From positions 77,325-141,324 of the forward strand of contig JACOUC010000035.1 of the NCBI GenBank assembly GCA_016178055.1: 64,000 nt of DNA, given 5' to 3'. The stretch is from Chlamydiota bacterium (GTDB taxonomy: Bacteria; Auribacterota; JACPWU01). Position 1 is the first letter of the stretch, and each line of letters opens with the position of its first letter. The notes below the pieces were generated by a model. That model was not told the origin of the DNA. It did not search any database and saw only the letters and a program-made list of their open reading frames with translations. The position numbers and the translations under genes were made by a program. Shown piece after piece: positions 19,994 to 30,133 of the stretch.

Positions 19994-20280
19994 ATCCAGT
20001 CGCTTAAATTAAGAGCCTTATCATCAATATAAAGATCTGCTGTGGGCTTTCCCATATAAAGTTGGTGATAAGTTACTTTCCACTTTCGAAGCTGCTCCTC
20101 TGTCAGGGGACGCCAATTTATTCCCGTTGTTGCGCCTCGTGCCGTATAAAGAAGGACTGTGTGCCCTTCTTGATAAATCTGATTCACTCGCGTGATCACA
20201 GAATAGATCGGCTCTGCCTTTTCATATTCTCCATCCGTATTCGTGCACAAAGTTCCATCAATGTCGAAACAATAAATCAC
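19969..20280 (-). CDS. Small HAD-superfamily phosphatase (KdsC/NeuAc-9-P phosphatase-like).
   Basis: FDIDGTL motif I and a GKP...DD region. Lies in a NeuB/NeuA-type module. Confidence 0.6.
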   Translation of the reverse strand: MIYCFDIDGTLCTNTDGEYEKAEPIYSVITRVNQIYQEGHTVLLYTARGATTGINWRPLTEEQLRKWKVTYHQLYMGKPTADLYIDDKALNLSDWMCREGMNP

Positions 20281-21020
20281 ACGCGTTCCTTCTTAAAAAT
20301 TTCATCATACCACTGGACAATGTCCACAATGTTAAAATGGGGATGACGCGGGTACAAGTATTCATAAAGCTCTTTCATAAAGACGTACTCGTCCCATGTG
20401 TTTACATCTAAGACAAGATCCGGTCGCCGAAATGCAAGGGGGCATTGAACCGTTCCGACCCGATAACGTTTATCCATCGCTTTTTGTGTTTTATAATCAA
20501 AAAAATTCAAATGCGGATGTTCTCTTTTGTAAAAATCTTGAACCTCTTTCCAAACGGTTTCTAAGGCCTCAAAGTTAAACACCTCCGCCCCAATTCCATC
20601 AGGATAACCATTTCCAAATACAGGGGCAAGGTTTGAGGAAAAATCGCTTTGGCCAGTCAGATGATAATCGACGATGCGATCGATTTCTCCAGGCTCTGGA
20701 ACAGGATTATCTGCGGGAAGACGAACAATCACTTGGGCTTCGTATTCCTTTGCTGCCTGGTAATAGCGATCGACTAAATCATTTTCAGAACCTCGAAAGG
20801 ATTTCACTCGATAAGTTTCAGCAAGCGTTTGAAGAACATCATCCTCTGCCTTTTCAGTCGTAGCCAAGACAATCTCATCCATACTTTTACAACGCTTTAC
20901 ACGCTCTAAAACGCGTCCGACCAAAGGAGCACCCGCCAAATCCAACATAGATTTCCCCGGCAAACGCGTGGAACCCATCCGGGCTTGCAGAATCAAGACA
21001 ACTCTAGGTTTTTGGATCAT
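20277..21020 (-). CDS. Acylneuraminate-type cytidylyltransferase (NeuA/PseF-like), third cytidylyltransferase.
   Basis: ILQARMGSTRLPGKSML N-terminal motif. Confidence 0.8.
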   Translation of the reverse strand: MIQKPRVVLILQARMGSTRLPGKSMLDLAGAPLVGRVLERVKRCKSMDEIVLATTEKAEDDVLQTLAETYRVKSFRGSENDLVDRYYQAAKEYEAQVIVRLPADNPVPEPGEIDRIVDYHLTGQSDFSSNLAPVFGNGYPDGIGAEVFNFEALETVWKEVQDFYKREHPHLNFFDYKTQKAMDKRYRVGTVQCPLAFRRPDLVLDVNTWDEYVFMKELYEYLYPRHPHFNIVDIVQWYDEIFKKERV

Positions 21021-21026
21021 TATTCT

Positions 21027-21965
21027 TTAAACTTTTTGAGGCTTAGGAGCCGCGGAAGGTTTCTCTCCATTAGAAGGTGTCCAGTATCTCAATTTCTTTG
21101 CATTGGCAAGTTCCGAGGAGAGAACGCGCTTAATTCCATCTCCCATGACCGTTGGAATGGTGCGAACATAACCGACCATCATTTCTAATCCTCTCTTCTC
21201 CAATGAAGCGGCTTGATCACTCCCATACATCGCCCGATCCAGCGTGATATGACGTTCAATCGCCACAGCGCCCATCATGGCAGCAAGGACACCTGGAACC
21301 ATGGTCACTTCATGACCACTGTATCCAACAGGGCATTGATATTTTTTTCTTAATTCAACAATACATTTTAAATTCAGCGCCTCCTCAGGAACTGGATAGG
21401 CAGAAATACAATGCATAAGGACAAAAGGACAATCATAATTTCTAAAAATCTCAACCGCCCGATCAATGTCCTCGTAAGTGCTCATCCCTGTCGAAATAAA
21501 GGTGAGTTTTTTCTCCTGAGCAACCGCTTCTAAAAGATCCAGATGCGTCATCATAGGAGATGCAATTTTGTTATATTTAAGATTGTATTGCCGCATAAAA
21601 TGCTGGCTCTCAACATCCCAGGCAGAAGCAAACCACTCGATTCCAAATTTCTTACAATAAGCGTCAATCTCATCATATTCTCTTTTTCCAAACTCTAAGC
21701 CTTCCTTTTGCGCTCTTTGTGTTTTCCCCCACGGACTTTCTCGAGGTGAATCTAAAACCTCTTTGGAATAAACAATATCTATCGTGCGCTTCTGAAATTT
21801 TACCGCGTCACAACCTGCCTCTTTAGCCATATCGATTAATTGCTTGGTAATCCCTAAATCTCCATTGTGGTTAATACCAATTTCGCCAATAATAAATACA
21901 TGTTTAGCAATGGGCCAAGGGTTTTCTTGAATCAGGTCGCTTAAAAACTGAAAACCGTTATTCAT
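21027..21965 (-). CDS. NeuB family ulosonic/nonulosonic acid synthase (PEP-dependent).
   Basis: IIGEIGINHNGDLGITKQLIDMAKEAGCDAVKFQKR matches the NeuB/PseI core. Confidence 0.85.
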   Translation of the reverse strand: MNNGFQFLSDLIQENPWPIAKHVFIIGEIGINHNGDLGITKQLIDMAKEAGCDAVKFQKRTIDIVYSKEVLDSPRESPWGKTQRAQKEGLEFGKREYDEIDAYCKKFGIEWFASAWDVESQHFMRQYNLKYNKIASPMMTHLDLLEAVAQEKKLTFISTGMSTYEDIDRAVEIFRNYDCPFVLMHCISAYPVPEEALNLKCIVELRKKYQCPVGYSGHEVTMVPGVLAAMMGAVAIERHITLDRAMYGSDQAASLEKRGLEMMVGYVRTIPTVMGDGIKRVLSSELANAKKLRYWTPSNGEKPSAAPKPQKV

Positions 21966-21988
21966 TTGTCCCTCCCTGAATAAATATT

Positions 21989-23845
21989 CTACCGCCCCTC
22001 ACGTAGAGGCTGCATGGATTGTTCATTAACAGATGTCGCAACTTGACCAACCTCTTGCATAATCTTACGTAATGACTTATTGATCTCTTGCGATTTTTTC
22101 CTTTTGAACTTCATGATGTGGAGGCATCTGATCTGAAAAAATTCACTCAAACGGAGAATAAACACCTTTTTAGGAAGCCTTAGAAATTCTGATCTCAACA
22201 ACTGATACCAAATAATAAACGTTCTAAAACGGTATAAATAAACAAGGGCAGGATAGTACCAATAGCCTGTTGAAAAGTTAAAATAACCCCCTCTGGAATA
22301 GTCGTCCGATGACACCTTGTCTTGAACCTTCAGCTTTTTCCAATTCTGAAACTTGCTAGGCCAAAAAAACTTCAACATCAATGGATATAAGAAATCATTC
22401 ATAAATCCTTTTACACTCAAACGAACCATGTTGTTATATTTTAAATAATGAGCCATCACTTCAAAAACCAATCTGCGCCTCCAAGACTGGACAGTAAAAT
22501 AATCGGTGTCTGTAAAATTCAAGAATTTGGTATCATCACGGGCGTCGACATTAGAAATGAGCATCAAATATTTTTCTTCATCTTCAAGCGTTTTACCCAG
22601 GAATCCTTTCACCCTTGCGTTTTCATAAACAGGCGTTCCAGGCAAAGCTTGAATGTAATTACAACTGATCCTATTCTGAGGATACTCTGGTAAAAATTGT
22701 GTGACTGATTTCATAAAATCAGTGGTTTCAGAAATCGTCTGCGGAGTTTCACCCGGCATCGCCAAAACCAATTGATAAGTTGTATAAATTCCCGCCTCGA
22801 ATGTCCAGCGAGCCGCATGATAATTCATATCCACTGTTGCTCCCTTCTCCATCACTTTGAGAATGGTTGGGCTCCCCGTTTCCATCCCATAATATACCGC
22901 CACACACCCGCTTTTTTTCAACCTCTTAAGTAAATCCAAATCCACGGAACGAACTCTCACTCCTGAGACAATGTATAAAATATCTAGCGACTGAACCAAT
23001 TCTATCAATTCATCCAGCGCTCGTCTGTCTGATCCAAAATTCTCATCGGCAAAATTGATAAAACCCACATTGTATCGATCCATAAGATACTTAATTCTGG
23101 AGATAATTTTTCCAGGCGGAAAATGGCGATACCCCTTATCCCAACGGTGACAAAAGGTACATCGAGCAACACAACCTTTCGCAGAGAGGACATTGCCCAT
23201 TTTCTTCCCATGGCGATGACTCTCTCGGCTCCGAGGATCCCGCGCAAAATCCTCCCTCCTTGTAAGAGGGTCCTTCACAAAATTATCAATTTTTGAAAAC
23301 TTTTCTAGAATAGTATAGTCAGGATCAAATAACTGGTCGGCAGCAATCGCCGTCTCATAACCCGTAAAAATAAAATCTCCTTTCCTATCTAAAAAAGAGA
23401 TTCCTTTAATTTGCCGAAGTGTTAAATCATCAAATGATGTACCTCGATTCTCAATATATCGCATGAGATTCACAATGACTTTCTCGCCTTCCCCAATGAC
23501 ACAAAAATCTACTCCACATAATCGATGAAGGATTTCTGCACTTGCGGCAAGATTACCACCGACAACAATCGTTACGTTAGGAACAACTTTGCGCAAGGCC
23601 TTCGCAAGTCTTTTAGTATACTCATAGGCGGTTGAAACCACAGCGCTGATACCAACCACGTCGGGTTGCTGCTCTTCAAAAAATCTAACCACTTCATCAA
23701 ACGTTGGCCTTAACCCATCAATATCATAGAAATAGATATCATGATAACCATGGGATTGAAGAGATTGAATAATGGCCATCGAACCAAAAGGAGGATAATC
23801 CGTCGGAACAGGGCGAATGGGAGTTGTACAAATTGTGATTTTCAT
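21989..23845 (-). CDS. B12-binding radical SAM enzyme (class B).
   Basis: N-terminal B12-binding-like region followed by a CVARCTFC CxxxCxxC cluster. 618 aa. Confidence 0.8.
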   Translation of the reverse strand: MKITICTTPIRPVPTDYPPFGSMAIIQSLQSHGYHDIYFYDIDGLRPTFDEVVRFFEEQQPDVVGISAVVSTAYEYTKRLAKALRKVVPNVTIVVGGNLAASAEILHRLCGVDFCVIGEGEKVIVNLMRYIENRGTSFDDLTLRQIKGISFLDRKGDFIFTGYETAIAADQLFDPDYTILEKFSKIDNFVKDPLTRREDFARDPRSRESHRHGKKMGNVLSAKGCVARCTFCHRWDKGYRHFPPGKIISRIKYLMDRYNVGFINFADENFGSDRRALDELIELVQSLDILYIVSGVRVRSVDLDLLKRLKKSGCVAVYYGMETGSPTILKVMEKGATVDMNYHAARWTFEAGIYTTYQLVLAMPGETPQTISETTDFMKSVTQFLPEYPQNRISCNYIQALPGTPVYENARVKGFLGKTLEDEEKYLMLISNVDARDDTKFLNFTDTDYFTVQSWRRRLVFEVMAHYLKYNNMVRLSVKGFMNDFLYPLMLKFFWPSKFQNWKKLKVQDKVSSDDYSRGGYFNFSTGYWYYPALVYLYRFRTFIIWYQLLRSEFLRLPKKVFILRLSEFFQIRCLHIMKFKRKKSQEINKSLRKIMQEVGQVATSVNEQSMQPLREGR

Positions 23846-23846
23846 T

Positions 23847-25013
23847 TTAAACCTGAGAATGGGCCATCATCAGTGATGGATCAGTAGATCTGAAATAATT
23901 TGGAACGAGCTTTCCCCTACTTTCAAGCATATGAAACATCATGTCAAATTGCTGTTGAATAAAGGGCGCATCGCCCTTCGTCCCGAAAATTTTTTGATAT
24001 TGACTCGCCCATGGAAATTGTAAATCGGGTGTCATTCCGTACAGTTCGATATTCAATTGAGCACTAAAATATTCGTTGTCAAAGCCAAACATCAAATAAG
24101 GGGTATCCTCAAGGTATATAGGCACTGCCGATCCAATGCACTGTCCCATGATTAAAGACGCTCTTTGGGTGAGTGCAACCCGATATTTTGTTGACATCGT
24201 CGCCTCCACGGACACCTCGATCTTTTCCCTCAAATCTTCAGGGATGGATACAGGATTCCAAAAATCATTCACAAGAAAGAACTTTACATTGTACTGATTC
24301 AATACCTTTCGCATAAAACTAAACCAAGTTGGCAAATCCGTGTTTCGACCAGGATGAGTCTTTGAATTCCGAATAAAAATAACAACAGGAATGAGGGGAT
24401 AACTTCTCTCAAGAAAATATTTTTCTGCCCACTCTAAGAGAACTTGACTCGATTGAAACTTTGGCACATAGCCCGTGCTTCGATAATAATCAGAAACAGT
24501 CTTCAAATGGCTCGCTTTCCGAGGTCTATAGACAAATCCATTCTCTGGATAGATCTGATGGGAATGCCGCACCCTTTGATAAAACGACAAAAATTTCATG
24601 CGGTCATCAAATATCACAAGCGTACTGACGCTTCTAAGAAGGTCTGCACATTCCGCTAAATTCATAATCCAATTTCTAAAAGTCGCTTCATTAACTTCGG
24701 GTTGATCTCCTCGATGTTTTTTATCACGGTCAGCAACAAGAACAACATCCATGTAGAAAAGAGAACGTTTGACTCTGGCCATTTCACTACTCGCAAGAAA
24801 TTCGGCAACACTATGATCGTAAGGATTCCCCGCAAAATCATAAATTGCTAACAGGGAATTTTTGTAGGCCCGTCCTGACCTAAAAAAACAACTCGTATTT
24901 TTAAGACAATTCTTAAGAGAATCAAAGGAACCTTTTACACGTTGCTTAACCTTAGAGTAAGTTATCCTTTTCAAAGAGGGACTCCTCCTTCTATTGAACA
25001 ACAAGAACATCAT
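23847..25013 (-). CDS. Hypothetical protein (possible glycosyltransferase).
   Basis: 388-aa ORF coupled to neighbours. No recognisable motif. Confidence 0.5.
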   Translation of the reverse strand: MMFLLFNRRRSPSLKRITYSKVKQRVKGSFDSLKNCLKNTSCFFRSGRAYKNSLLAIYDFAGNPYDHSVAEFLASSEMARVKRSLFYMDVVLVADRDKKHRGDQPEVNEATFRNWIMNLAECADLLRSVSTLVIFDDRMKFLSFYQRVRHSHQIYPENGFVYRPRKASHLKTVSDYYRSTGYVPKFQSSQVLLEWAEKYFLERSYPLIPVVIFIRNSKTHPGRNTDLPTWFSFMRKVLNQYNVKFFLVNDFWNPVSIPEDLREKIEVSVEATMSTKYRVALTQRASLIMGQCIGSAVPIYLEDTPYLMFGFDNEYFSAQLNIELYGMTPDLQFPWASQYQKIFGTKGDAPFIQQQFDMMFHMLESRGKLVPNYFRSTDPSLMMAHSQV

Positions 25014-25071
25014 TATTTAATTTATTGTCATTGTACATCATCAAAGGCAATCGCTCCACACTCACCTTAAA

Positions 25072-26112
25072 TCAATCCTCCATCTTAATCATGATACGCC
25101 CTGCATTTCCTTGTTCCAACTCTTTCAATGCTTGATTAATATCCTGAAGTCCATATTCATGCGTAATCATGCTCTTTAAGGGCAAATCTCCTGATAAAAA
25201 AAGGTTTGCGTAAAAAGGAATATCCTCATCTGTCTGGGCAGAGCCACCCCAAGAACCCAATATTTTTTTACCCTTAATTAAATCCATGGGATCAATCAAA
25301 ATCAAATCACCTTGAGATAAGTTACCCGCAATGACACAGATTCCTCCCTGGTCTCTTACAGATCGGAAAGCAGCCTCCATCGCCTGTTTTTTCCCCGAAG
25401 CTTCTATCGCATAATCCACACCCAATCCATTCGTCATATTGAGGATTTCAATTGCCACATCGCAAGACATTCCATTAATCGTGTGAGTTGCACCCAATTG
25501 TTTCGCTTGTTTTAATTTATGATCAAAAATATCGACCGCAATAATTTTATGAGCCTTAACAAAAGAAGCCGCCATCAAAGCACTCAAGCCCACTCCTCCA
25601 ATACCAAAAATAGCAACGCTCTCTCCCTCAGAAATCTTGGCCACTTTCAAAACGATTCCTGCACCCGTGGGAATCGCACAACCCAGAAGAGCAGCCTCTC
25701 GCAACGGCATAGAATCCAAAATAGGCGTAAGACGATTCTCGCAAGTAATGGTCCGCCTCATAAAGGTGCTAATTGCCCCAGAATTAACAGGACCTTCATC
25801 ACTCTGGTAAACCATCGAGGGGACATCCTTCCCTTTACCTTTAATCCAAGAAAGAACCACTCGATCGCCAGGTTTCACCTTCACAACATCGGAGCCCACT
25901 TCCAAAACTGTTCCAGAGCCCTCATGACCTAGGGTGTGAGGAAGAAAACGATCCGGTCCTCGTTTACCTAAAACTTCTAGAAGTTGACTGTGGCAAATAC
26001 TGCTATATGCAACATCCACAAGAACCTGTCCGGATTTAAGACTGGGTATCGTGACAGGAATAAGCTGCAGAGGTTTGCAAACTTCGAAAAGAACAGCTGC
26101 TTGGGTTTTCAT
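25072..26112 (-). CDS. Zinc-binding MDR-family alcohol dehydrogenase.
   Basis: CHSQL...GHEGSGTV zinc-ligand motif and a GxGxxG NAD region. Confidence 0.85.
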   Translation of the reverse strand: MKTQAAVLFEVCKPLQLIPVTIPSLKSGQVLVDVAYSSICHSQLLEVLGKRGPDRFLPHTLGHEGSGTVLEVGSDVVKVKPGDRVVLSWIKGKGKDVPSMVYQSDEGPVNSGAISTFMRRTITCENRLTPILDSMPLREAALLGCAIPTGAGIVLKVAKISEGESVAIFGIGGVGLSALMAASFVKAHKIIAVDIFDHKLKQAKQLGATHTINGMSCDVAIEILNMTNGLGVDYAIEASGKKQAMEAAFRSVRDQGGICVIAGNLSQGDLILIDPMDLIKGKKILGSWGGSAQTDEDIPFYANLFLSGDLPLKSMITHEYGLQDINQALKELEQGNAGRIMIKMED

Positions 26113-26190
26113 AAGAATGGGTGAGTGGTTACTGATATCTCTACTTATTATTCATACCCCTCACTCATAACCTCTCACCCCTCACCAAAT
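26113..26190 (-). promoter_or_regulatory. Conserved ~75-bp leader element immediately upstream of the ADH start codon (copy a).
   Basis: Shares GTGAGTGGTTA and CCCCTCAC(C) blocks with 40747..40807 and contains an inverted repeat. Confidence 0.4.
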
Positions 26191-26194
26191 AATA

Positions 26195-26863
26195 TTATTC
26201 CGCAATAAACCAATAATAATCGCCTGTATATCCGACTTCCTGAAAGAGTTTCTTCCAATCATTCACATGCATCATGGTTTCAGCGGTCAAAACCCATTTG
26301 TAAAGTTGTTCTTGCTCTTTTTCATTTCTCCAAGCATCCATGGTGATATAGCTGTGGCCACGGCTGACCCTCTGAATTTCTCTAAGGGCCTTCTTCAAAG
26401 GCTCAAGAGAAAGGTTGTGGATAGAATTGATAGAGATTACGAGATCAAAGCTTTTATCTGGAAAGGGTAAGCTTTCTGCACTCGCTACTTTAAGAAATGG
26501 TTTCACTGTAGGTATGGCGTGTTCAATGGCATATTCGCTCACGTCCACCCCTGCAACTTGGCATTCAGGCATGAGCTCTCTAAAATCATGCAACAAAAAT
26601 CCCTTTGCACATCCAATGTCTAAAACAGCAGCATTCTCTGGCAAACGATAATGATCGCGAAATCGTTTTGCGATATCTTTCCAACGCCCATCATATTTAT
26701 AGCCTCCATATCCCATCACACGAGGACCATCAAAAAACTCCCGACCAAATTGTTTAGCAATTCGGATAATTTCGGAAGTTTTCTCTTTGGCCCTTTGATC
26801 GTAATCACGAAGAGCTTTAGGGTGAGAATTTAAAAGATTAATTTCTGCCATCACGAAGGGCAA
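26195..26863 (-). CDS. Class I SAM-dependent methyltransferase.
   Basis: VLDIGCAKGF motif I. Confidence 0.8.
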   Translation of the reverse strand: MPFVMAEINLLNSHPKALRDYDQRAKEKTSEIIRIAKQFGREFFDGPRVMGYGGYKYDGRWKDIAKRFRDHYRLPENAAVLDIGCAKGFLLHDFRELMPECQVAGVDVSEYAIEHAIPTVKPFLKVASAESLPFPDKSFDLVISINSIHNLSLEPLKKALREIQRVSRGHSYITMDAWRNEKEQEQLYKWVLTAETMMHVNDWKKLFQEVGYTGDYYWFIAE

Positions 26864-26923
26864 TCCCTAATCCAAATAAACAATGCGCCATGGGTTCATA
26901 CCCGGTATGAACGACTTCATCAT

Positions 26924-27979
26924 TCATGACTTCTTCGCCTTTTCTACACCTTTGCTGAGCTCTTTTTCAAGCTCCTTAATCGCTGGAAAGCTTGATTTCA
27001 ATTTCTTCGGCAACGCATGCGTTAATTTATACTCTGATACCCCAATGGGTTTATGGATATCACTCATGGCATATTCTGCAACCAACTTATCCCGCCTCTT
27101 ACAAAGTAGAAGGCCGATTGTTGGGAGGTCCCCAACTTTACGCAACTGACTGTCCATCGCCTTGATATAAAAATTAAGTTTGCCAGCAAACTCCGGTTCG
27201 AAGTCCCCTGTTTTCAGTTCAACCACAACATAGCAATGCAAGCGAGTATGATAAAAAAGAAGATCTATAAAAAACTCTCGGTCCCCCACTTGAACAGGAA
27301 TTTGCCTGCCGATAAAAGCAAAACCGGCACCCAACTCCAGAAGAAAGCTCGTAAGATGATCTATGAGCTTATGTTCAAGCTCTCGCTCGCTAGAATCTGT
27401 AGACATGTTCAAAAAGTCAAAGATATAGGGATCCTTCAATGTTTGTTGAGCAAGATCGCCTTGGGGTTTAGGCAGCGTTAAATGAAAATTGCTAACGGCT
27501 TTCCCTTCCCGTTCAAAAAGACCGCTCTCTATCTGATGAACAAGAACGTTACGACTCCAATTATGCCTGATCGTGCCCTGCACGTAAAACATAGCTTCAC
27601 AGACGTCTTTGCATTTAGAGATAATGGCAATGTTATGTCCCCAGGGGATAGAGGTAATTTGGCCAACAACTTGTTGGCTAATTTGCTCTTCTTGGCTGTA
27701 AAATAAGTGCCACTGTTTGATATACTTTAAATTACTAAGTGAAAATCCTTTCATATCAGAAAATTCTGCCATCAAGTCCTTGCTGAGCCGAGGCAATAGA
27801 CCCTCTCCCCATTTTACGCTTTTTTGCCTGACAACAATATCCACGCCCATATCCCAATAAAGCTTTAACAGTTCAGTGTTTACACTGATCGCAGCTTTAA
27901 TCTGAGCACTGCGGACTCTCTTCTTAATATCCGAAAGCCAGGACTTGTATTCCTCGTCGCTCGTCAAATAATCTTTCAT
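26924..27979 (-). CDS. YhcG/DUF1016 family protein (PD-(D/E)XK nuclease-like C-terminus).
   Basis: FIDLLFYHTRLHCYVVVELKTGDFEPEFAGKLNFY matches the DUF1016 core. Flanked by ~50-bp direct repeats at 26871-26921 and 28033-28083. Confidence 0.8.
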   Translation of the reverse strand: MKDYLTSDEEYKSWLSDIKKRVRSAQIKAAISVNTELLKLYWDMGVDIVVRQKSVKWGEGLLPRLSKDLMAEFSDMKGFSLSNLKYIKQWHLFYSQEEQISQQVVGQITSIPWGHNIAIISKCKDVCEAMFYVQGTIRHNWSRNVLVHQIESGLFEREGKAVSNFHLTLPKPQGDLAQQTLKDPYIFDFLNMSTDSSERELEHKLIDHLTSFLLELGAGFAFIGRQIPVQVGDREFFIDLLFYHTRLHCYVVVELKTGDFEPEFAGKLNFYIKAMDSQLRKVGDLPTIGLLLCKRRDKLVAEYAMSDIHKPIGVSEYKLTHALPKKLKSSFPAIKELEKELSKGVEKAKKS

Positions 27980-28078
27980 ATTCTTAATGTCACAACCATC
28001 ATCGCTTTTTACGCATACAATCCAACACCGATGCCAAATAAATAATGGGCCATGGGATAATATCCTGTATGAACGACT

Positions 28079-28249
28079 TCATCGCCCATCATACCTATAG
28101 CCTCCGTATCCCATGATCCGAGGACCATCGAAAAATTCTGGTCCAAACTGTTTCGCAATTCGAATAATTTCTGGGGTCTTTTCCTTAACCCTTTGATCGT
28201 AATCCCGAAGGGTTTTAGGTTGGGAGTTTAAAAAATCAATTTCTGACAT
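28079..28249 (-). pseudogene. Remnant 5' fragment (56 codons) of the SAM methyltransferase gene, a duplicate of 26683..26863.
   Basis: Translation MSEIDFLNSQPKTLRDYDQRVKEKTPEIIRIAKQFGPEFFDGPRIMGYGGYRYDGR stops, whereas the intact gene reads MAEINLLNSHPKALRDYDQRAKEKTSEIIRIAKQFGREFFDGPRVMGYGGYKYDGRW. Confidence 0.6.
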
Positions 28250-28258
28250 TTGAAATTT

Positions 28259-30133
28259 CTATTTGACACGAGACGATTCCACAGAAAAATCTTTTAAGGA
28301 TATTTCCATGGGTTGAATCGTCATATTTTCAAGAAATTCTTTTCTTTCCAATAACGGATCTGCATCCTCATTGGGTCTCCCAAACTTCACTTGAGGAACG
28401 ACTCTTTCTTTGGAAGCAATTTCAACATTACAAAATACAGGACCTTTCGTCCTCAAAACCTCTTTAATACCATCTTCTAGTTGTTGAGTGCTAGAAAGGC
28501 AAACTGTCTTGTATCCATAAGCTTGTGCCACCTTTAAAAAATCAGGAAAAGCCAATCCTCCTTCAATAGAGGAGGCAAAATAATTTCCTTCTAACCATTG
28601 ATCCTGAGTTTGCTGAATCATGCTATAACCATGATTATTGATTAAAAAGATTTTAATGGGCAGTTGATAACGTAAAACGGTTGATAGCTCTTGGATATTC
28701 ATTTGCAAACTTCCATCTCCTGTCACACAAATTACAGATTTTTTTCCAAGCGCTAGAGAACCTCCTATGCTTGCTGGCAAAGCCCAACCCATCGCTGTAT
28801 TATTGCAATCATGATATAACCTTTGATCTGCTTTAAAATCAAATGCCTGCATCATCCAAGCTACAGCACAACCTGTATCTACAAACAAGGCGCTTCCTTT
28901 CTCGCAAGCTTGAGAAAGAGCTTTTACGAAAACATATGGATTAATTTCTTTTTGCCGATAATACTCGTCAGGACAAATAGGATACTTTTCTTTCCAGAAA
29001 GCAATTTGCTCTCTCCATGACGAGATATCACTTTTAGAGAAATTGACCATGTGCTGATTCAATTGTAATAAAAAATCCTTAGCATTTGCATGGATGAGTT
29101 GTTCTATTTTCAACCCAAACCTTTCAAATTTTTTTAATTCACTCAGATCAATATCGACAACTATTTTTTTGGCTGCCCTCGCAAAACTATAAGGAGGGCT
29201 TCCTGTGGCTTTTGTATCTAAACGCGTTCCTATCGCTAAAATTAAATCTGCATTTTGGACAGCAAAATTAGCGTATCGAGTCCCATGGGTTCCAAAGGTA
29301 CCGATTAAAAAAGGATAATCTGATTCAAAGAGATCTGCCATCGCCCATGTAGGAGCAACTGGGAAACCGAATTGCTCTACTAAATTTTTTGCTTCTTCCT
29401 CAGCTTTGGCCAAACGAACCCCCCATCCTAAAATAACCACAGGACGCTTGGCTTCTTTTAAAAGCTGCAGGCATTGATCGATATTAAAATTAGATTTTCT
29501 AGGAGCTTTTCCCTGATCCAAAACAAAAGGCTCAAGTAACGCTGGATTAATTTCCTCCCTTTGAATATTGTCGGGAATATCAATCACCACAGGTCCGGGT
29601 CGATCTGATTTTGCAATATGGCAGGCTTTTCCCAATTCATATCTTATTTTCATTGCATCGAGAATCTGTACAGCATATTTTGTGACGGATTTATAAATAC
29701 CAATCGTATCTGTTTCTTGAAAACCCATTTGTCGAACACCCGTATCTTTTTTCATTCTAAATGTCGAAACCTGACCTGTAATATAAATGACAGGTACAGA
29801 GTCATAATAGGCACAGCAAACTCCGGTCAGCATATTGGTAGCGCCAGGGCCACTTGTTGAAATGGCCGCTCCTAAATTCCCCGTAAGGCGAGAATACCCA
29901 TCAGCCGCCATGGCTCCTGCCTGTTCATGCTGAGGACAAATAAATTCAATACCTTCGGTTTCTGCAAGAGCATGAATGAGATGAAGGGAGGCGCCACCAG
30001 AAACAGCAAAAACATGGCGAATGCCCTGTTGGGCTAAAAATCTTGCGACATAATCAGAGAGCTTCATGCCAAGGCATCTCCAATTTAGATGTGATAAAAA
30101 GTGTTCCCTCACGATAACTGGTTGGCATGTCAT
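28259..30133 (-). CDS. Thiamine-diphosphate enzyme of the acetolactate-synthase/YerE family.
   Basis: N-terminal MKLSDYVARFLAQQGIRHVFAVSGGASL...GPGATN and a C-terminal ThDP-binding GDGS region. The probable start is the internal MKLSDY Met, at about 30067. Confidence 0.85.
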   Translation of the reverse strand: MTCQPVIVREHFLSHLNWRCLGMKLSDYVARFLAQQGIRHVFAVSGGASLHLIHALAETEGIEFICPQHEQAGAMAADGYSRLTGNLGAAISTSGPGATNMLTGVCCAYYDSVPVIYITGQVSTFRMKKDTGVRQMGFQETDTIGIYKSVTKYAVQILDAMKIRYELGKACHIAKSDRPGPVVIDIPDNIQREEINPALLEPFVLDQGKAPRKSNFNIDQCLQLLKEAKRPVVILGWGVRLAKAEEEAKNLVEQFGFPVAPTWAMADLFESDYPFLIGTFGTHGTRYANFAVQNADLILAIGTRLDTKATGSPPYSFARAAKKIVVDIDLSELKKFERFGLKIEQLIHANAKDFLLQLNQHMVNFSKSDISSWREQIAFWKEKYPICPDEYYRQKEINPYVFVKALSQACEKGSALFVDTGCAVAWMMQAFDFKADQRLYHDCNNTAMGWALPASIGGSLALGKKSVICVTGDGSLQMNIQELSTVLRYQLPIKIFLINNHGYSMIQQTQDQWLEGNYFASSIEGGLAFPDFLKVAQAYGYKTVCLSSTQQLEDGIKEVLRTKGPVFCNVEIASKERVVPQVKFGRPNEDADPLLERKEFLENMTIQPMEISLKDFSVESSRVK

